Origin: an uncultured Anaerolineales bacterium
GTDB taxonomy: Bacteria > Chloroflexota > Anaerolineae > UBA7937 > B3-Chlor
Assembly (NCBI GenBank): GCA_964347945.1
Contig: CAYGAW010000055.1
Location: 4,787-68,786 of the forward strand
Reading direction: 5' to 3'
Length of the DNA: 64,000 nucleotides
Part shown: positions 59,511 to 64,000 of the stretch, piece after piece
Position numbering within the stretch: position 1 is the stretch's first letter
Layout of the letters: every line of letters starts with the position of its first letter
Position numbers and translations under genes: made by a program
Notes under the pieces: model-generated
Told to the model about the DNA's origin: nothing
Seen by the model: the letters and a program-made list of their open reading frames with translations, nothing else
Database searches by the model: none

Positions 59511-61958
59511 CTAGCTGGTGCCCTGAGATGCAGTGCTCGCTCTGACAAAGCCAGAGATGTCCTTCACCGACTGTATGGTCAGCACCTTGGTTGTGAAGCC
59601 ATACCAAGCTTCGTCGCTCGGGCCGCTTAGTATCCATGGGCAGGCGGCGAACAGATATTCGGGAAGCGTTTCCCCATTGGAGAGTTCGCCGTGGCGGAAC
59701 CACTCGAACATCGTCCTCGTGTATCTGGCGTGAACCATTCCATCCACGCGCGGATAGCGATGGTCATCGTATGCTCCATACAGCCACCCGCCCTCTCCGC
59801 AGATGATTGGTGGGACGAAGCCCAGGCGCCTCTCGAACACGTCGGCGAAGAACGTGTAGCCGAGAACACACCAAGGATCCTCTTGCCAGTCTGGAGGATG
59901 GTTCAGACCATAGTTGTGGGCACAGAACCAGACCCGCTCCCACACCTGAGAGTCGGGCCCCAGCGCGTGTATGGCCGCCTCCAGCTCCTCTGGCTGCAAG
60001 CACTGTAGCCCCGGATAGCCACCGGCGTTGTACACATCGATGGCCTTCTGCGCCCACAGCCCTGCCCACTTCTGGACGTAGTCCTTGGGCCTCTCGCGCC
60101 GCCATTCCCGGGGGTCCGACGGCTCGTTGAAGATCTGGAGGTAGGCCGGGATGCCATGCTCGATGAGGACACGAGCGTCCCGATCGAACGGATAGGTCCT
60201 GTTGATTTCTGTGATCTGTCTACACACCGGCATGATCCCTGCATCCCAGATCATCTTGGCGCACCTCAGGAGCTGTCCTTCGCCCTCGTAACAGAGAGTC
60301 GCCCAGGTGAGCTTCATGTCCTTGGCTCTCCTGATGTCCAGAGACATAGCCTCGTCGGTTGTATTGAGCCCAAGGTGAATCCCCATCCCGTTGTCGCCAG
60401 GCGGTCTGGGGAAATCGCTGTATTTCACCGATCGTTGTGGAGCTGGCTCAGGCGCCGGCGCTGGTGTCGGCGGCCCCAGAGGCGAGTCCTCTGCACCCGG
60501 ACCCGCTTGTACAAACGTGACCAGCACTGGATGATGCTGGATACCATTCAACTCCAGGTTGTCGCCATAAAGGCCGAACCCGCTCAGTCTCTCGCTGTTG
60601 CCTACAACCTCCACCGAGTAGCCACCCCAGCCTGCGAACATGGGCATGGAAGCTGCCTGGTGCCGAGCACCTGGCGGCGCATACGGGTCATCCTTGGGAC
60701 CGACTACATATTCACCATCAGGCCACGAGAAGCGGACGGTCTCCGCATCTACGATGGCAAAGGCACTCATGTTGCCGGTACCAGGCTGCACCTCGACACG
60801 AACAACTTTCCAGTATGGCTCGCTCTCGTTCTGGGGACCGCTGATGCGCAAGGTATCGATCATCTCTTGAGAGAGCCCAATGAACTCCACATCCCCGACT
60901 GAATCAGGCGGCGGGGTAGGAGAAACCGGGCCTGGATCCTGCCCATCAATAGAGCGAGGATGCTTGAGCATGCCCTTCACTGCAGAAGCCGCCTGGCACT
61001 CTTTCCCGTCTGGCCCGTGCCAAGCGTGAACCCTGGATGGGTGGCCTTCATCGGTAGCCAAGAGCCAGAATGTGTGGTTCACCACATACTCCGGAATCGA
61101 CCCATCCATCATCATCCCGGCAATACTCACAGCGCGATCCGCATGTCGCTTCTCGTCGGTCCACACACCATTGACTGGGGAATATGGATCTCCTACGGTC
61201 CCACTGCCCATGCATACCAGCCCCAATGAGGCTCCCACTGTAGCCTTGATGATTTCGTCGTACCACTCGAAGAGGTTGAAGCCGATGTGATCTTGGGACT
61301 CCCCAGGGCTGAAGTACGGTCTGGCTGCCGGCCAGCGTTTCCGTCCTCCCTGACCCCAAGACAGAGATTTGTCCCAGGCATGGTTGTGCATACCCACGCC
61401 CATCCTCTCAAAGAGGGACGCCTCTACCTTTGAAGTCAGAAGTTGCAGAGCTGTCTGCAGGAAGCTCAGATCCCAATAGCTCCCCGGGGGGCGCAATGCA
61501 GGGAAGACTGGATGCAAGCCAGCGGCCTGCATCTCTTCGAGACAAGGCACCAGCACGTCCACGAACCTCTGTACGAGAGAGAGCTGACACCAGTCTTGAG
61601 GGTGCCATCGCGAAGCCACATTGGCCTCACCTAATACCTCCACATAGTTGACACCCCAGCCAGCATAAGCACCGAGAAGCTCGCCTAGGCTAGACCTGTC
61701 TATGGGCTCGACCGCTGGCGTCGATACCCGTACCACGGGCTCGATCTCATTGGCTATCAGTTCCTTGACGAAGAACTCCGGGATCGGCCCACCCAGGCGG
61801 GACAGGACGACGAGCCAACTGGCACCCATACTTTTCAGTTCAGGCACCCACTGCTTGATGTCCTGCGGGCTGTAATGCTGAGTGTCCGGGAAATAGTGAA
61901 AGCCAAACCCAGTATCGTTCTGCGGCCGCGAGTATCGCTCCAATGTCATTTTGGCCAA
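59511..61958 (-). CDS. 815-aa multidomain protein: TIM-barrel-like unit 1 (degenerate), beta-sandwich module, Pro-rich linker, TIM-barrel glycosidase-like unit 2
   Basis: Paralog of 47022..50150. Unit 1 has VLGEANV and VCMGSGT. The module lies at about 60507-60896. Unit 2 has IFNEPSD and ICGEGGW. No signal peptide. Confidence 0.7.
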   Translation of the reverse strand: MAKMTLERYSRPQNDTGFGFHYFPDTQHYSPQDIKQWVPELKSMGASWLVVLSRLGGPIPEFFVKELIANEIEPVVRVSTPAVEPIDRSSLGELLGAYAGWGVNYVEVLGEANVASRWHPQDWCQLSLVQRFVDVLVPCLEEMQAAGLHPVFPALRPPGSYWDLSFLQTALQLLTSKVEASLFERMGVGMHNHAWDKSLSWGQGGRKRWPAARPYFSPGESQDHIGFNLFEWYDEIIKATVGASLGLVCMGSGTVGDPYSPVNGVWTDEKRHADRAVSIAGMMMDGSIPEYVVNHTFWLLATDEGHPSRVHAWHGPDGKECQAASAVKGMLKHPRSIDGQDPGPVSPTPPPDSVGDVEFIGLSQEMIDTLRISGPQNESEPYWKVVRVEVQPGTGNMSAFAIVDAETVRFSWPDGEYVVGPKDDPYAPPGARHQAASMPMFAGWGGYSVEVVGNSERLSGFGLYGDNLELNGIQHHPVLVTFVQAGPGAEDSPLGPPTPAPAPEPAPQRSVKYSDFPRPPGDNGMGIHLGLNTTDEAMSLDIRRAKDMKLTWATLCYEGEGQLLRCAKMIWDAGIMPVCRQITEINRTYPFDRDARVLIEHGIPAYLQIFNEPSDPREWRRERPKDYVQKWAGLWAQKAIDVYNAGGYPGLQCLQPEELEAAIHALGPDSQVWERVWFCAHNYGLNHPPDWQEDPWCVLGYTFFADVFERRLGFVPPIICGEGGWLYGAYDDHRYPRVDGMVHARYTRTMFEWFRHGELSNGETLPEYLFAACPWILSGPSDEAWYGFTTKVLTIQSVKDISGFVRASTASQGTS

Positions 61959-64000
61959 CTTCCTCTGTCCACGCGTGTCCCACCCCTTGACATCACGACC
62001 TTCATTACCTTTCCATCAGTGTTCACGGTGACCTTGACCACCTGCCGCAGCTGCTGCGCTCCTTTCGAAACGACCCTTTGCTGAGAAGTCACCATCAGCT
62101 CAGTGACACCTCCCTCCCTTTCCTTGGCACAACTGGACTTGCTCGAGGCACAATTCTCACCAGAACAGTCGACTCTACACAGGATGAGTGGATGGCCTTC
62201 AAGCCCGTTCGTGCGAAGGAAAGGCACACTGCGCTGCAGTTGTTGCTGCACATCCTTGGCAAGCGGCACTGACTCTGTTTCCTTCATCCTTGAGCAGCAG
62301 GCCAGCGGGGGGCAGGCAACCTCGAGTTGCGTCTCCAGTTCCAGCGGTTTGGAGGCCGCTTCTAGTCTCAACGAAGGGTCACCATACAGGACAAAGCTCA
62401 ACAACGCCTTCTGATCTTCCCCATCCAGGTAGCCGTGCTCTGACGCTACTGCCTGAATGAACGCTGACCTGGCTCTGCGCAACGCGCATCCGATGGGCAG
62501 CCCTGCTACGACACCCTCCCACAGATGCCTGCCAAGCAGGTCGGCACCAGAGAGTGGAGGCGCCAAAGATCCGTAGGACATTGCAGTGCTCCCAATGAAC
62601 CCCAGAGCACCATTGCCGAGGAAACTCAAGGCTATTGAACCATCGCCACACTCATTCTCAACTTGAGCGCCGTAGCATGCCTCCGAGTAGATCACGGCCC
62701 CGTCTGCATTCGCCCAAGAAACCGATAGAGGCGTAAGCGCGATGGGTAGCAAGGGCGAACCGTGCTCCGATTCACCATGACCGTACCAGTACGGACTTCC
62801 CCGGAAGCCATGAAGATTGAAGTAGCCGAGTGTGCGTATCTCCTCATACGCGCTCAGGAAGTCATAATCAGTGAAAGGGGGAGAGACTTGCAGTTTGTCG
62901 GCGTCGCCGATCACTTCGAACACCGAGCGAGATGCCTCTGCCCAAATCTCAGCCGAGTAGCCAACGCTGCTCCACGAGCCCTGTCCGCTGCGGAACAATC
63001 TCGTCACAGGATTCACCCACCGCCGAGACGCATTTCCCTTGCCCAGGCGAGCGAACGCATTGTGATGTGCGATAGCATTGTCCACCAGCTGCAATAACAT
63101 CTCCGGATTGGACGGCTGACCATCGGGAAGACGCCCTACGCTCAACCGGGAAAGCAACGAACTGCCGTCCGCAGCGGCGTACGGCCAGTCTGACAACACC
63201 TCGGCGTCTTCATCATCGGCAGGGTTAGCCAGCCTGTGGAAGGGAATCACCGAGTCGCCACCGATGATCAAGAGTGATCTGAGTTCCCTCGATTCTTGCT
63301 TCAATGCGGAACCCAGTTGTTCGACAAGTCGTGATACCTGCTGTGCATCTGACGGATCAACCCCAGTGAGCCCAAACTCATCAAGGCACGAGTCGTCATC
63401 TACATAGACCTTGATGACCTCATCTCCCGTCGACCGCGATGCGGCCTCACATAATTCTGAGAGCCTGGCATCCAGTTCACGGTGTCCGGCCTCCCCATAC
63501 CGTGAAATCAGCCTGTCGCGACTGGACAGAATGAGACGGACCGTGGTCTCCTCGCCTGCACTGTCCACGGGGGCTTCCCACATGGGCACGTCACGGGTGG
63601 ACGCCAAGTCGGCCGTCTGACCAGACCTAGCAGCCACGATGTCCCAATCCTGGCCCTTCTGGTGCCGATCTGGGCTTGACGAGAGCCAGGACCACTCCGC
63701 CGAAGTCTTCGTTGCGGCTGGTGGCTCAAGCAAAGGCTCTGCCCCGAGGAGATGCCGAAGGACTGTCGGAGCGCTGTCCATGGTCGCCGTCTCCGGACCC
63801 GGCACTTCGAGGCTTCTCACCATCACGGAATCGTACCGCTCATCCATGCCAAACAGCTCTCGTGCGACGACCCAACTGCAATCCAAGGACTGGGCGTCGT
63901 GCAGCAGAGCGACTCCCAGGGCGTCATCTCGCTGGTCCAAGGCTATGTCCGCCAGAATCAGCCTGGGCCTGATCCACGTGGGATGCTCATCGACGAGTCT
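61946..64000 (-). CDS. Gingipain/caspase-like (clan CD-type His/Cys dyad context) protein with a Cys-rich region and a C-terminal small domain; the 5' end possibly lies beyond the window
   Basis: LLIIGGDSVIPFHRL, YFNLHGFRGSPYWYGHG (His-Gly context), AVIYSEACYGAQ (Ala-Cys context), and the Cys cluster ACPPLACC...CRVDCSGENCASSKSSC. The ORF track starts at TTG 63940, but my reverse translation of 63941-64000 (RLVDEHPTWIRPRLILADIA) has no stop. The gene overlaps the next one by 13 nt. Confidence 0.55.
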   Translation of the reverse strand, partial: RLVDEHPTWIRPRLILADIALDQRDDALGVALLHDAQSLDCSWVVARELFGMDERYDSVMVRSLEVPGPETATMDSAPTVLRHLLGAEPLLEPPAATKTSAEWSWLSSSPDRHQKGQDWDIVAARSGQTADLASTRDVPMWEAPVDSAGEETTVRLILSSRDRLISRYGEAGHRELDARLSELCEAASRSTGDEVIKVYVDDDSCLDEFGLTGVDPSDAQQVSRLVEQLGSALKQESRELRSLLIIGGDSVIPFHRLANPADDEDAEVLSDWPYAAADGSSLLSRLSVGRLPDGQPSNPEMLLQLVDNAIAHHNAFARLGKGNASRRWVNPVTRLFRSGQGSWSSVGYSAEIWAEASRSVFEVIGDADKLQVSPPFTDYDFLSAYEEIRTLGYFNLHGFRGSPYWYGHGESEHGSPLLPIALTPLSVSWANADGAVIYSEACYGAQVENECGDGSIALSFLGNGALGFIGSTAMSYGSLAPPLSGADLLGRHLWEGVVAGLPIGCALRRARSAFIQAVASEHGYLDGEDQKALLSFVLYGDPSLRLEAASKPLELETQLEVACPPLACCSRMKETESVPLAKDVQQQLQRSVPFLRTNGLEGHPLILCRVDCSGENCASSKSSCAKEREGGVTELMVTSQQRVVSKGAQQLRQVVKVTVNTDGKVMKVVMSRGGTRVDRGSWPK

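Overview
GC-rich bacterial chromosomal window with about 50 CDS and 3 tRNAs. I saw no rRNA, CRISPR array, transposase, integrase or prophage signature. All calls come from reading the ORF track and the raw sequence by eye; no database search or structure prediction was run. Several protein architectures point to a monoderm-type, Chloroflexota-like organism, but this is inference only: Pro/Thr-rich linkers, LysM, SH3b and LCP wall proteins, a sortase-like sorting signal, many GT-C membrane proteins, and no outer-membrane genes.

Housekeeping content: a partial ftsA-like gene, alaS, rplY, gltX with tRNA-Gln(CUG), prfB with its +1 frameshift, ftsY, clpX, clpP, tig, tRNA-Gly(GCC) and tRNA-Leu(UAG).

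Three regions deserve a second look.
1. Region 45.0-64.0 kb holds ftsZ inside a ~19 kb co-directional, tightly packed cluster. Its members are an mraZ-like gene, an Amidase_2 protein, three LysM proteins, an LCP ligase, a sortase-signal protein, a gingipain/caspase-like protein, and two giant paralogous proteins. Each giant protein is built from two TIM-barrel glycosidase-like units with reciprocally degenerate catalytic residues. No rsmH, ftsL, ftsI, mur, ftsW or ftsQ genes are present. Cluster members share several otherwise unexplained modules, including a small basic domain encoded by an ORF that overlaps the ftsZ stop.
2. Region 4.5-13.9 kb is an mreB-mreC-mreD-mrdA-rodA operon interrupted by a 1069-aa DUF2723/TMEM260-type GT-C glycosyltransferase carrying three lectin-like repeats. 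An in-frame relic of the same repeat lies just upstream of it.
3. Region 23.6-35.3 kb holds a polyprenol-phosphate-sugar-synthase-like GT2, three tandem GT-C paralogs, a cupin, two polyol-dehydrogenase-like genes, and a divergent CelD-like GNAT plus MshA-like GT4. This is a candidate envelope or protein glycosylation locus.
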